Shown piece after piece: positions 12,401 to 28,200 of a stretch of 64,000 nucleotides of DNA. The stretch lies in the NCBI GenBank assembly GCA_964016885.1, contig OZ024740.1, positions 29,264,001 to 29,328,000 on the forward strand. Direction: 5' to 3'. The first letter of the stretch is position 1, and every line of letters starts with the position of its first letter. The position numbers and the translations under genes are program-made. Source of the stretch: Eledone cirrhosa. Taxonomy: Eukaryota. The notes below the pieces were generated by a model, which saw only the letters and a program-made list of their open reading frames with translations, was not told where the DNA came from and made no database searches.

Positions 12401-15400
12401 AGTGATTGCTTCATCTTTGCAGATGATTGCCGTCTCCCTATGCACCCTATCAACCATCACCAACTCCAAACGTCCGTTCATGGCCTCTTAGATGGTTTTT
12501 AATTCCAGCATTAGATTTGCACGGCCTGCAGCAAATGTGACAGACAAAAGATATGCCCTCTATTGGATTGATCGGGTCAGTTTGTGGGATGTCACCCTTA
12601 TGTAGCCTCATATACCTTTTAAGACCAAAGATTGATTTGCAGATATTTTTGCACAACACACGTCTCACCTAGCATTGGAGGGATAGAGCTGCATACAGTT
12701 GGATTTTTATATGATTTTAAATGTGTGATGTACCCATTTAGATTTAGCGAGCAGTAAACGACCACACGCCTATTAAATTCAGCTCCCTATGTTCTTGTTG
12801 GGGTTCATACTGTGGACTTTTCCAAGTTTTCATGATCAAGACGTCTCTTTTCAGACATTCTGCAGCTTTCCTTCACATGTCCTCCCCATTTACCCCTCTT
12901 TAAAGCAAGCACTTCCCAGTTCTGAACTTCAAATTGTAGATCTTTAAGGTTCTTTTTTATGCCCTCTTTATATCTTTTTCTTGGTTTGTGGTGAGGGCGT
13001 TTCCCAGTGTGTACTTGACTGTAAAATAATTATTTTGGGAGTCTTTCCTCATTCATGCGCACAACATGGCCTACCCAGCGCATTTGAGTGGATATGATGG
13101 TAGATTCAATGTTTGTGCAACCAGCTTCTATAAGGATTTGTGTGTCAGGTATTTTTTGTTGCCATTTGATGTTTAGGATTCGTCTTAAACACTTTTGATT
13201 AAAGTATTCAAGCAAATTAAGGAGTCTACGATGTATTGTCCACGTTTCCGAAGAGTACAACAGAGCACTCATATTGCAGGCCTTGTACACACTAATCTTG
13301 GTCTTGATATTGATGCCATGATCCGCCCACACTCTCTTTTCAAGCTTTCCGAAGGCTACAGGTGCCTTCTGAATTCGCAGGTATATTTCTGCATCCAGTG
13401 AACCATACTTCGTTAATGCACTACCCAGGTAAACAAAAGTGTCAACTACACCCAACCTAGTTTCATGCACCATTATATTTGGTTCAATATATTCTTCCCC
13501 TGGTGATGGGGTGAACATTACCTTGGTCTTTTTTAGATTAATTTTCATACTAAATGCATTACAAGAAGCTGCAAAACAATCCGTGATGTGTTGCATGTCA
13601 TCTTGGGAGTGAGCCAGAAGAGTAAACATCGTCTGCATGAAGAAGTTCTCTAATTAATATTTAGAACACCTTGGATTTGAAATTGAACTTTCTAAGGTCA
13701 AAGACCCTTCCCGTAGTTCTAACTTGCAATAGAACTCCCTTTGCACAATCCTTGCATGCATGAGTAAGCATCACAGCAAAAAATATTGAAAACAGTGTGG
13801 GAGCCGGGATATCTCCCTGCTTCACGCCATTATCAACAGGGATTTTATTGAACAATTCTCCATTCAAGACATCCCGAGTCTTCATATTTCTGTGTAGTCA
13901 GACTAACATATCAATAAACTTTGGTGGGCACCCTATTTTCCCTAGTATTTTCCACGGTACACATCTGTTCACCGTATCAAAGGCCTTTGTCAGATCAACA
14001 AAAACCTGATACAGAGGAACCCACTGTTCAATACATTTCTCCTGTATCTGCATTGCAGAGAAGATCATATCAATCATCCCTCTGCCAGATCTCAATCGAC
14101 TTTGTGATTCAGGGATTGCTGTAGGATAAATGACCTCCATCAGCCTGTTCAATAATAATCTAGCAAGAACTTTCCCCACAGACTCCAACAGAGTGATGCC
14201 ACGGTAGTGATCGCAGATTCCTTTATCCCTGTTACCTTTAAACAAGGTCACCAAGATACCATCTATCCAATCTTGTGGTATAGGAGCTCCAGCCCAGCAT
14301 TCTGTGATGAGATGGAGTATTGTTTGTGTTATGTTCGTATTACCAACCTTTAACAATTCCACAGGGAGTCAATCTAATCCATGTGCCTTACCCATGTTTA
14401 ACTGGTTGGTGGCCATTTTAACCTCATTATAATCTGGTAATCGATCCATTTTAAAGTTTACGACACATTGAGTGATGCCATCTAGCACACCATAAGCACT
14501 TGATGGATTATCAAATAAATCAGTGAAATGTTCTTGACAACGCTTAAGAATTTTCTCTGATTCCTGATGGCAGTCTCGTCTTTGGACCTTATCGGAACAA
14601 TAGACGAAGTTGTTGGACCATATACTGCACTCAAAAGACTATAAATCAGTTTTGAATCCTTTGCGCTTTAAGCACTTTAAATATCTTCAGAGATCTTCAA
14701 CCACCATTTATTTTTAAGCCTTCCCACCTCGCATTGTAAGGTGGCTTTATATTCTTTATATGTCTTTTTAATAACAGTTAAATTCGTAGGGCACTCTCCC
14801 AAAAGATTTTCATGAAAAGCATGTTTTTTCTTTAATAGTTGACTGAGATTCTTCTGCTCCTGCTATATACAATTGATCCCTGAAGTTTATCCAGGTTCCA
14901 TCGAAGTCAATATTATTCAAACGTTTATTCCAAGCCTCACGTACCTCTTGATGTTTTAACTTTCCAACGTCAATACGATTCAGTGTTTTGATCCCACACA
15001 TACGAGATTTTTCCCGAATACATAACTTAAACTTCCTCCGAACCTTCTTATGGTCTGTGTTGCATTCTGTACTACGCATGATGCGCACATTACAGACATT
15101 ATTCAGGTCACATCTCTGGGTTACTTGAAATCTATCGTGTGACCATCTTTTGACCTTTGGTGTATCCAAGTAACTTTGTGCTTCTTTTTTTTTGCGGAAG
15201 AATGTATTGCTAATTGCTAGGTTGAGTTCCGAACAGAGCTCAAGCAGCTTCAAGCCATTGGCATTCACCTTACCGATGCCATAATGGCCCAGTGAATCCC
15301 ATGTCTCATGGTCTCTGCCAACTTGGTCATTTAAATCACCAAGAATGATCACTTTTTCTTCAACTGGAATAGATGCAATTGCAGCACGAATGTCATAATA

Positions 15401-16120
15401 CTTTCTTCACTGTCCTGGAGAGTTGGAGCATAAACTGACAGAGTGGTTGCACATCGTCCACAAGCAAGTTGAATGCGCAACTTCATTATACGGTCACTGA
15501 TTCTAGAGGGGCACCTTAAATGTTGTGCTAGAGTTTCTCGCATTGCAAAATCTACACCACCATCTCACCGGTCTCTTTTTGCTATCCCTGTCGAGAAAAG
15601 TGTGAAACCTAATGATGCTTCAGTCAGCTGATCACACCCTGACCGACGTGTTTCTGACAAGACTGCAATATCTATATTTAATCTTTGGAGTTCCTTTGTT
15701 ACCATTGCGGTTCTTCTTTCTGGTCGGTTTGATGAGTTTTGGTCCAGAGGGTTCTGACATTCCAGCAGCAAATATTTAGTTTGATTCGATTTTTCATAAA
15801 TGTTTTACTTTGTAATTCACTTTATTCTTTTCCTGCTTGAAATAACCGCAGGTAGCCACAGTAAACTACCTAACGTTGATATGACAGGACATTTTCAATA
15901 CACCTTTTCTAGCAACCTCCAAAAATTTGGGTGAGCAGTGCTCTGCTAATAGGGCTGCTCAGACACTGGTGTCTCCACCGGAGTTAGCACCTGTCACAGG
16001 AAGATATAACAACGAAGTTATGATAAGACCCCTGCCGCATAGATTTGTAGATATATGCTTCCAACTTGTCAGGTCTGCACACGTCACCACTCCTCCATCG
16101 CCATAGGACATTCACCTGTA
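12401..16120 (-). mobile_element. RTE-clade LINE, near full length, multiply frameshifted, (ATGT)n tail at 12338-12400
   Basis: APE endonuclease (WNVRTL, DIAVLSETR, IILGDLN, TDH), RT (YRGITLL, FVDLTKAFDTV, GVKQGD, LLHADD), C-terminal C2H2 (CHICCRPCKSNAGIKNHLRGH), short 3' UTR hairpin. The 5' boundary is uncertain. Confidence 0.88.
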
Positions 16121-16224
16121 AAAATGACAGAGAAGATCACAAAAGAGACATCTCTACATCATTGGATTATAGTGACAAACGCTTGTACTACACCAGTACT
16201 CCTAGCTAAATTTCAGTGATCATT

Positions 16225-19200
16225 GTCTGGTGACAAACCTAAACCAGATGACAAGTGGTCACATCAACCACAAGACTACCACCAGCACCCCTTTCTTAGT
16301 CTGGTGACAAAGCTAAGCCAGATGACCAGTGGTCACATCAACCACAAGACTACCACCACCACCCCTCTCTCAGTCTGGTGACAAGACTAAACCAGATGAC
16401 CAGTGGTCACATCAACCACAAAACTACCACCACCACCAACCCTCTCTCACTCTGGTGACAAACCTAAACCAGATGACCAGTGGTCACATCAACCACAAGA
16501 CTACCACAAGCACCCCACTCTCGGTCTGGTGACAAACATAAACCAGATGACCAGTGGTCACATCAACCACAAGACTACCACAAGCACCCCACTCTCGGTC
16601 TGGTTACAAACCTAAACCAGATGATCAGTGGTCACATGAACCACAAGACTACCACCAGCACCCCTCTCTCAGTCTGGTGACAAACCTAAACCAGATGACC
16701 AGTGGTCACATCAACCACAAGACTACCACAAGCACTCCACTCTCAGTCTGGTGACAAACCTAAACCAGATGACCAGTGGTCACATCAACCACAAGACTAC
16801 CACCAGCACCTCTCTCTCGGTCTCGTGAAAAACCTAAACCAGATGACCAGTGCTCACATGAACCACAAGACTTCCACCAGCACCCCTATCTCGGTCTCGT
16901 GACAAACCTAAACCAGATGACCAGTGGTCACATAAAGCACAAGACTACCACCAACACCCCTCTCTCAGTCTGGTGACGAACCTAAACCAGATGACCAGTT
17001 GTCACATCAACCACAAGACTACCACTAGCACCCCTCTCTCGGTCTGGTGACAAACCTAAACCAGATGACCAGTTGTCACATCAACCACAAGACTACCACC
17101 ACCACCCCTCTCTCGGTCTCGTGAAAAACCTAAACCAGATGACCAGTGGTCACATCACCCACAAGACTACCACCAGCACCCCTCTCTCGGTCTCGTGAAA
17201 AACCTAAACCAGATGACCAGTGCTCACATCAACCACACGTCTTCCACCATCACCCCTCTCTCGGTCTCGTGACAGACCTAAACCAGATGACCAATGGTCA
17301 CATCAACAGCAACACTACCACCAGCACCCATTTCTCAGTCTGGTGACAAACATAAACCAGATGACCAGTGGTCACATCAACCACAAGACTACCACCAGCA
17401 CCCCTTTCTCGGTCTGGTGACAAGCCTAAACCAGATGACCAATGGTCACATCAACAGCAACACTACCACCAGCACCCATTTCTCAGTCTGGTGACAAACA
17501 TAAACCAGATGACCAGTGGTCACATCAACCACAAGACTACCACCAGCACCCCTTTCTCGGTCTGGTGACAACCCTAAACCAGATGACCAGTGGTCACATC
17601 AACAGCAACACTACCACCAGCACCCATTTCTCAGTCTGGTGACAAACATAAACCAGATGACCAGTGGTCACATCAACCACAAGACTACCACCAGCACCCC
17701 TTTCTCGGTCTGGTGACAAGCCTAAACCAGATGACCAGTGGTCACATCAACCACAAGACTACCACCAGCTCCTCTCTCTCAGTCTCGTGACAAACCTAAA
17801 CCAAATGACCAGTGCCCACATCAACCACAAGACTACCACCAGCTCCTCTCTCTCAGTCTCGTGACAATCCTAAACCAGATGACCAATGGTCACATCAACC
17901 ACAACACTACCACCAGCACCCCTCTGTCGGTCTCGTGACAAACCTAAACCAGATGACCAGTTGTCACATCAACCACAAGACTACCACCAGCACCCCTCTC
18001 TCGGTCTCGTGAAAAACCTAAACCAGATGACCAGTGCTCACATCAACCACAAGACTTCCACCAGCACCCCTCTCTCGGTCTCGTGACAAACCTAAACCAG
18101 ATGACCAGTGCTCACATCAACCACAAGACTTCCACCAGCACCCCTCTCTCGGTCTCGTGACAAACCTAAACCAGATGACCAATGGTCACATCAACAGCAA
18201 CACTACCACCAGCAGCACCCCTCTCTCGGTCTCGTGAAAAACCTAAACCAGATGACCAGTGCTCACATCAACCACAAGACTTCCACCAGCACCCCTCTCT
18301 CGGTCTCGTGACAAACCTAAACCAGATGACCAGTGGTCACATAAAGCACAAGACTACCACCAACACCCCTCTCTCAGTCTGGTGACGAACCTAAACCAGA
18401 TGACCAGTTGTCACATCAACCACAAGACTACCACCAGCACACCTCTCTCGGTCTGGTGACAAACCTAAACCAGATGACCAGTTGTCACATCAACCACAAG
18501 ACTACCACCACCACCCCTCTCTCGGTCTCGTGAAAAACCTAAACCAGATGACCAGTTGTCACATCAACCACAAGACTACCACCACCACCCCTCTCTCGGT
18601 CTCGTGACAAACATAAAGCAGATGACCAGTGCTCACATCAACCACAAGACTTCCACCAGCACCCCTCTCTCGGTCTCGTGACAAACCTAAACCAGATGAC
18701 CAATGGTCACATCAACAGCAACACTACCACCAGCACCCCTCTCTCGGTCTCGTGAAAAACCTAAACCAGATGACCAGTGCTCACATCAACCACAAGACTT
18801 CCACCAGCACCCCTCTCTCGGTCTCGTGACAAACCTAAACCAGATGACCAGTGGTCAAATAAACCACAAGACTACCACCAACACCCCTCTCTCAGTCTGG
18901 TGACAAACCTAAACCAGATGACCAGTGGTCACATCAACCACAAGACAACCAACAACACCCCTCTCTAAGTCTGGTGACAAACCTAAACCAGATGACCAGT
19001 TGTCACATCAACCACAAGACTACCACCACCACCCCTCTCTCGGTCTCGTGAAAAACCTAAACCAGATGACCAGTGCTCACATCAACCACAAGACTACCAC
19101 CAGCACCCCTCTCTCGGTCTCGTGACAAACCTAAACCAGAAGACCAATGGTCACATCAACCACAACACTACCACCAGCACCCCTCTCTCGGTCTGGTGAC

Positions 19201-22200
19201 AAGCCTAAACCAGATGACCAGTGCCCACATCAACCACAAGACTACCACCAGCATCCCGCTCTCAGTCTGGTGACAAACCTAAACCACATGACCAGTGGTC
19301 ACATCAACCACAAGACTACGACCAGCACCCCTCTCTCAGTCAGGTGACAAACCTAAACCAGATGACCAATGCTCACATCAACCACAAGACTACGACCAGC
19401 ACCCCTCTCTCAGTCAGGTGACAAACCTAAACCAGATGACCAATGCTCACATCAACCACAAGACTACCTCCAGCACCCCTCTCTCAGTCTGGTGACAAAC
19501 CTAGACCAGATGACCAGTGGTCACATCAAACTCAAGACTACCACCAGCACCCCTCTCTCGGTCTCCTGACAAAAATAAACCAGATGACCAGTGGTCACAT
19601 TAACCACATGACTACCACCACCACCACTCTTTCTCTCTGGTGACAAACCTAAACCAGATGACCAGTGGTCACATCAACCCCAAGATTACCACCAGCACCC
19701 CTCTCTCAGTCTGTTGACAAACCTAAACCAGATGACCAGTGGTCATATAAACCACAAGACTACCACCAGCACCCCTCTCTCAGTCTGGTGACGAACCTAA
19801 ACCAGATGACCAGTGGTCACATCAACAACAAGGCTACCAACAGCACCCCTGTCTCAGTCTGGTGACAAACCTAAACCAGATGACCAGTGGTCACATCAAC
19901 CACCAGCACCTCTCTCTCAGTCTGGTGACAAACCTAAACCAGATGACCAGTGGTCATATAAACCACAAGACTACCACCAGCACCTCTCTCTCAGTCTCGT
20001 GACAAACCTAAACCAGATGACCTGTGGTCACATTAAACACAAGACTACCACCAGCACCCATTCCTCAGTCTGGTGACGAACCTAAACCAGATGACCAGTG
20101 GTCACATCAACAACAAGGCTACCAACAGCACCCCTGTCTCAGTCTGGTGACAAACCTAAACCAGATGACCAGTGGTCACATCAACCACCAGCACCTCTCT
20201 CTCAGTCTGGTGACAAACCTAAACCAGATGACCTGTGGTCACATCAACCACAAGACTACCACCAGCACCTCTCTCTCAGTCTGGTGACAAACCTAAACCA
20301 GATGACCAGTGGTCACATCAACCACAAGACTACCACCAGCACCCCTCTCTCTGTCTCGTGAAAAACCTAAACCAGATGACCAGTGGTCACATCAACCACA
20401 AGACTACCACCAGCACCCCTCTCTCTGTCTCGTGAAAAACCTAAACCAGATGACCAGTGGTCACATCAACCACAAGACTACCACCAGCACCCCTCTCTCT
20501 GTCTCGTGAAAAACCTAAACCAGATGACCAGTGGTCACATCAACCACCAGCACCTCTCTCTCAGTCTGGTGACAAACCTAAACCAGATGACCTGTGGTCA
20601 CATCAACCACAAGACTACCACCAGCACCTCTCTCTCAGTCTGGTGACAAACCTAAACCAGATGACCAGTGGTCACATCAACCACAAGACTACCACCAGCA
20701 CCCCTCTCTCTGTCTCGTGAAAAACCTAAACCAGATGACCAGTGGTCACATCAACCACAAGACTACCACCAGCACCCCTCTCTCTGTCTCGTGAAAAACC
20801 TAAACCAGATGACCAGTGCTCACATCAACCACAAGACTTCCACCAGCACCCCTCTCTCGGTCTGGTGACAAACCTAAACCAGATGACCAGTGGTCACATC
20901 AACCACAAGACTACCACCAGCACCCCTCTCTCAGTCTGGTGACAAACCTAAACCAGATGACCAGTTGTCACATCAACCACAAGACTACCACCACCACCCC
21001 TCTCTCGGTCTCTTGAAAAACCTAAACCAGATGACCAGTTGTCACATCAACCACAAGACTACCACCACCACCCCTCTCTCAGTCTGGTGACAAACCTAAA
21101 CCAGATGACCAGTGGTCACATCAACCACAAGACTACCACCAGCACCCCTCTCTCAGTCTGGTGACAAACCTAAACCAGATGACCAGTTGTCACATCAACC
21201 ACAAGACTACCACCACCACCCCTCTCTCGGTCTCGTGAAAAACCTAAACCAGATGACCAGTGGTCACATCAACCACAAGACTACCACCAGCACCCCTCTC
21301 TCGGTCTCGTGACAAACCTAAACCAGATGACCAGTGGTCACATCAACCACCAGCACCTCTCTCTCAGTCTGGTGACAAACCTAAACCAGATGACCTGTGG
21401 TCACATCAACCACAAGACTACCACCAGCACCTCTCTCTCAGTCTGGTGACAAACCTAAACCAGATGACCAGTTGTCACATCAACCACAAGACTACCACCA
21501 CCACCCCTCTCTCGGTCTCGTGAAAAACCTAAACCAGATGACCAGTTGTCACATCAACCACAAGACTACCACCAGCACCCCTCTCTCGCTCTCGTGACAA
21601 ACCTAAACCAGAAGACCAATGGTCACATCAACCACAAGACTACCACCAGCACCCCTCTCTCGGTCTGGTGACAAGCCTAAACCAGATGACCAGTGCCCAC
21701 ATCAACCACAAGACTACCACCAGCACCCCGCACTCAGTCTGGTGACAAACCTAAACCACATGACCAGTGGTCACATCAACCACAAGACTACGACCAGCAC
21801 CCCTCTCTCAGTCAGGTGACAAACCTAAACCAGATGACCAGTGGTCACATCAACAACAAGGCTACCAACAGCACCCCTGTCTCAGTCTGGTGACAAACCT
21901 AAACCAGATGACCAGTGGTTACATCAACCACAAGACTACCACCAGCACCTCTCTCTCAGTCTCGTGACAAACCTAAACCAGATGACCTGTCGTCACATCA
22001 ACCACAAGACTACCACCAGCACCCATTCCTCAGTCTGTTGACAAACCTAAACCAGATGACCAGTGGTCACATCAACCACCAGCACCTCTCTCTCAGTCTG
22101 GTGACAAACCTAAACCAGATGACCTGTGGTCACATCAACCACAAGACTACCACCACCACCCCTCTCTCGGTCTCGTGGAAAACCTAAACCAGATGACCAG

Positions 22201-25200
22201 TGCTCACATCAACCACAAGACTTCCACCAGCACCCCTCTCTCAGTCTGGTGACGAACCTAAAGCAGATGACCAGTTGTCACATCAACCACAAGACTACCA
22301 CCAGCACCCCTCTCTCGGTCTGGTGACAAACCTAAACCAGATTACCAGTTGTCACATCAACCACAAGACTACCACCACCACCCCTCTCTCGGTCTCGTGA
22401 AAAACCAAAACCAGATGACCAGTGGTCACATCAACCACAAGACTACCACCAGCACCCCTCTCTCGGTCTCGTGAAAAACCTAAACCAGATGACCAGTGCT
22501 CACATCAACCACAAGACTTCCACCAGCACCCCTCTCTCGGTCTCGTGACAAACCTAAACCAGATGACCAGTGCTCACATCAACCACAAGACTTCCACCAG
22601 CACCCCTCTCTCGGTCTCCTGACAAAAATAAACCAGATGACCAGTGGTCACATCAACCACATGACTACCACCACCACCACTCTTTCTGTCTGGTGACAAA
22701 CCTAAACCAGATGACCAGTGGTCACATCAACCCCAAGATTACCACCAGCACCCCTCTCTCAGTCTGTTGACAAACCTAAACCAGATGACCAGTGGTCATA
22801 TAAACCACAAGACTACCACCAGCACCCCTCTCTCGGTCTCGTGACGAACCTAAACCAGATGACCAGTGGTCACATCAACAACAAGGCTACCAACAGCATC
22901 CCTGTCTCAGTCTGGTGACAAACCTAAACCAGATGACCAGTGGTCACATCAACCACAAGACTACCACCAGCACCCATTCCTCAGTCTGTTGACAAACCTA
23001 AACCAGATGACCAGTGGTCACATCAACCACCAGCACCTCTCTCTCAGTCTGGTGACAAACCTAAACCAGATGACCTGTGGTCACATCAACCACAAGACTA
23101 CCACCAGCACCTCTCTCTCAGTCTGGTGACAAACCTAAACCAGATGACCTGTGGTCACATCAACTACAAGACTATCACCAGCACCCCTCTCTCAGTCTGG
23201 TGACAAACCTAAACCAGATGACCAGTGGTCACATCAACCACAAGACTACCACCAGCACCCCTGTCGCAGTCTGGTGACAACCCTAAACCAGATGACCTGT
23301 GGTCACATCAACTACAAGACTACCACCAGCACCCCTCTCTCAGTCTGGTGACGAACCTAAACCAGATGACCAGTGGTCACATCAACCACAAGACTACCAA
23401 CAGCAGCTCTCTCTCGCTCTCGTGACAAGCCTAAACCAGATGAGCAGTGGTCACATCAACCACAAGACTACCACCAGCACCCCTCTCTCAGTCTGGTGAC
23501 AAGCCTAAACGAGATGAGCAGTGGTCATATCAACCACAAGACTACCACCAGCACCCCTCTCTCAGTCTGGTGACGAACCTAAACCAGATGACCAGTTGTC
23601 ACATCAACCACAAGACTACCACCAGCACCCCTCTCTCAGTCTGGTGACAAGCCTAAACGAGATGAGCAGTGGTCATATCAACCACAAGACTACCACCATC
23701 ACCCCACTCTCAGTCTGGTGACAAGCCTAAACCAGATTACCAGTTGTCACATCAACCACAATATTACCACCAGCACCCCTCTCTCAGTCTGGTGACAAGC
23801 CTAAACCAGATTACCAGTTGTCACATCAACCACAATATTACCACCAGCACCCCTCTCTCAGTCTGGTGACAAGCCTAAACCAGATTACCAGTTGTCACAT
23901 CAACCACAAGACTACCACCATCACCCCACTCTCAGTCTGGTGACAAGCCTAAACCAGATTACCAGTTGTCACATCAACCACAAGACTACCACCAGCACCC
24001 CACTCTCAGTCTGGTGACAAGCCTAAACCAGATTACCAGTTGTCACATCAACCACAATATTACCACCAGCACCCCTCTCTCAGTCTGGTGACAAGCCTAA
24101 ACCAGATTACCAGTTGTCACATCAACCACAAGACTACCACCATCACCCCACTCTCAGTCTGGTGACAAGCCTAAACCAGATTACCAGTTGTCACATCAAC
24201 CACAAGACTACCACCAGCACCCCACTCTCAGTCTGGTGACAAGCCTAAACCAGATTACCAGTTATCACATCAACCACAAGACTACCACCAGCACCCCTCC
24301 CTCAGTCTGGTGACAAGCCTAAACCAGATTACCAGTGGTCATATCAACCACAAGACTACCACCACCACCCCACTCTCAGTCTGGTGACAAATCTAAACCA
24401 GATTACCAGTTGTCACATCAACCACAAGACTACCACCAGCACCCCTCTCTCAGTCTGGTGACAAGCCTAAACCAGATAACCAGTTGTCACATCAACCACA
24501 AGACTACCACCAGCACCCCTCTCTTAGTCTGGTGACAAGCCTAAACCAGATGAGCAGTGGTCATATCAACCACAAGATTACCACCACCACCCCACTCTCA
24601 GTCTGGTGACAAGCTTAAACCAGATGACCAGTTGTCACATCAACCACAAGACTACCACCAGCACCCCTGTCTCAGTCTGGTGACAAGCCTAAACCAGATG
24701 ACCAGTTGTCACATCAACCACAAGACTACCACCAGCACCTCTGTCTCAGTCTGGTGACAAGCCTAAACCAGATGACCAGTTGTCACATCAACCACAAGAC
24801 TACCACCAGCACCCCTGTCTCAGTCTGGTGACAAGCCTAAACCAGGTGACCAGTAGTCACATCAACCACAAGACTACCACCAGCACACCTCTCTCAGTCT
24901 TGTGACAAGCCTAAACCAGATGACCAGTTGTCACATCAACCACAAGACTACCATCAAGCACCCCTTTCTTAGTCTGGTGACAAACCTAAGCCAGATGACC
25001 AGTGGTCACATCAACCACAAAACTACCAACAGCACCCCTCTCTCAGTCTGGTGACAATACTAAACCAGTTGACCAGTGGTCATATCAACCACAAGATTAC
25101 CACCACCACCCCACTCTCAGTCTGGTGACAAGCTTAAACCAGATGACCAGTTGTCACATCAACCACAAGACTACCACCAGCACCCCTGTCTCAGTCTGGT

Positions 25201-28200
25201 GACAAGCCTAAACCAGATGACCAGTTGTCACATCAACCACAAGACTACCACCAGCACCTCTGTCTCAGTCTGGTGACAAGCCTAAACCAGATGACCAGTT
25301 GTCACATCAACCACAAGACTACCACCAGCACCCCTGTCTCAGTCTGGTGACAAGCCTAAACCAGATGACCAGTAGTCACATCAACCACAAGACTACCACC
25401 AGCACACCTCTCTCAGTCTTGTGACAAGCCTAAACCAGATGACCAGTTGTCACATCAACCACCAGACTACCATCAACCACCCCTTTCTTAGTCTGGTGAC
25501 AAACCTAAGCCAGATGACCAGTGGTCACATCAACCACAAAACTACCAACAGCACCCCTCTCTCAGTCTGGTGACAAGCCTAAACCAGTTGACCAGTGGTC
25601 ATATCAACCACAAGACTACCACCACCACCCCACTCTCAGTCTGGTAACAAGCCTAAACCAGATGACCAGTGGTCACATCAACAACAAGACTACCACCAGC
25701 AACCATCTCTCAGTCTGGTGACAAACCTAAACCAGATGACCAGTGGTCACATCAACCACAAGACTACCACCAGCACCCCTCTCTCAGTGTGGTGACAAAC
25801 CTAAACCAGATGACCAGTGGTCACATCAACCACAAGACTACCACCAGCATACCTCTCTCAGTCTGGTGACAAACCTAAACCAGATGACCAGTGGTCAGAT
25901 CAACCACAAGACTACCACCAGCACCCCTCTCTCAATCTGGTGACAAGCCTAAACCAGATGACCAGTGGTCATATCAACCACAATACTACCACCAGCACCC
26001 CTCTCTCAGTCTGGTGACAAGCCTAAACGAGATGAGCAGTGGTCATATCAACCACAAGACTACCACCATCACCCCACTCTCAGTCTGGTGACAAGCCTAA
26101 ACCAGATTACCAGTTGTCACATCAACCACAATATTACCACCAGCACCCCTCTCTCAGTCTGGTGACGAGCCTAAACCAGATGAGCAGTGGTCATATCAAC
26201 CACAAGACTACCACCAGCACCCCACTCTCAGTCTGGTGACAAGCCTAAACCAGATTACCAGTTGTCACATCAACCACAAGACTACCACCAGCACCCCACT
26301 CTCAGTCTGGTGACAAGCCTAAACCAGATTACCAGTTGTCACATCAACCACAAGACTACCACCAGCACCCCACTCTCAGTCTGGTGACAAGCCTAAACCA
26401 GATTACCAGTTGTCACATCAAGCACAAGACTACCACCAGCACCCCACTCTCAGTCTGGTGACAAGCCTAAACCAGATTACCAGTGGTCATATCAACCACA
26501 AGACTACCACCACCAATCACTCTCAGTCTGGTGACAAATCTAAACCAGATTACCAGTTGTCACATCAACCACAAGACTACCACCAGCACCCCTCTCTTAG
26601 TCCGGTGACAAGCTTAAACCAGATGACCAGTTGTCACATCAACCACAAGACTACCACCAGCACCCCTGTCTCAGTCTGGTGACAAACCTAAACCAGATGA
26701 CCAGTGGTCACATCAACCACAAGACTACCACCAGCACACCTCTCTCAGTCTGGTGACAAACCTAAACCAGATGACCAGTGGTCAGATCAACCACAAGACT
26801 ACCACCAGCACCCCTCTCTCAATCTGGTGACAAGCCTAAACCACATGACCAGTGGTCATATCAACCACAAGACTACCACCACCACCCCACTCTCAGTCTG
26901 GTGACAAGCCTAAACCAGATGACCAGTGGTCACATCAACCACAAGACTACCACCAGCACCCTTCTCTCAGTCTGGTGACAACCCTAAACCAGATGACCTG
27001 TGGTCGCATCAACCACAAGACTACCAACAGCACCCCTGTCTCAGTCTGGTGACAAACCTAAACCAGATGACCAGTGGTCAGATCAACCACAAGAGTACCA
27101 CCAGCACCCCTGTCTCAGTCTGGTGACAAGCCTAAACCAGAAGACCAGTTGTCACACCAACCACAAGACTACCATCAAGCACCCCTTTCTTTGTCTGGTG
27201 ACAAACCTAAGCCAGATGACCAGTGGTCACATCAACCACAAAACTACCAACAGCACCCTTCTCTCAGTCTGGTGACAAGCCTAAACCAGTTGACCAGTGG
27301 TCATATCAACCACAAGACTACCACCACCACCCCAGTCTCAGTCTGGTGACAAGCCTAAACCAGATGACCAGTGGTCACATCAACCACAAGACTACCACCA
27401 GCACCCCTCTCTCAGTCTGGTGACAAACCTAAACCAGATGACCAGTGGTCACATCAACCACAAGACTACCACAAGCACCCCTCTCTCAGTCTGGTGACAA
27501 GCCTAAACCAGATGACCAGTGGTCATGTCAACCACAAGACTACCACCACCACCCCACTCTCAGTCTGGTGACAAGCCTAAACCAGATGACCAGTTGTCAC
27601 ATCAACCACAAGACTACCAACAGCACCCCTCTCTCAGTCTGGTGACAACCCTAAACCAGATGACCTGTGGTCACATCAACCACAAGACTACCAACAGCAC
27701 CCCTCTCTCAGTCTGGTGACAACCCTAAACCAGATGACCTGTGGTCACATCAACCACAAGACTACCACCAGCACCCCTCTCTCAGTCTGGTGACAACCCT
27801 AAACCAGATGACCAGTGGTCACATCAACCACAAGACTACCAACAGCACCCCTGTCTCAGTCTGGTGACAAACCTAAACCAGATGAACAGTGGTCACATCA
27901 ACCACAAGACTACCACCAGCACCCCTCTCTCAGTCTGGTGACAAGCCTAAACCAGATGAGCAGTGGTCACATCAACCACAAGACTACCACCAGCACCCCT
28001 GTCTCAGTCTGGTGACAAGCCTAAACCAGATGACCAGTGGTCACATAAAGCACAAGACTACCACCAACACCCCTCTCTCAGTCTGGTGACGAACCTAAAC
28101 CAGATGACCTGTGGTCACATCAACCACAAGACTTCCACCAGCACCTCTCTCTCAGTCTGGTGACGAACCTAAACCAGATGACCTGTGGTCACATCAACCA

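Noticed and set aside
15900-16120. HDV-like ribozyme in the RTE 5' leader
   Set aside because: Expected for the clade, but I could not assign P1-P4 by eye; needs a descriptor search
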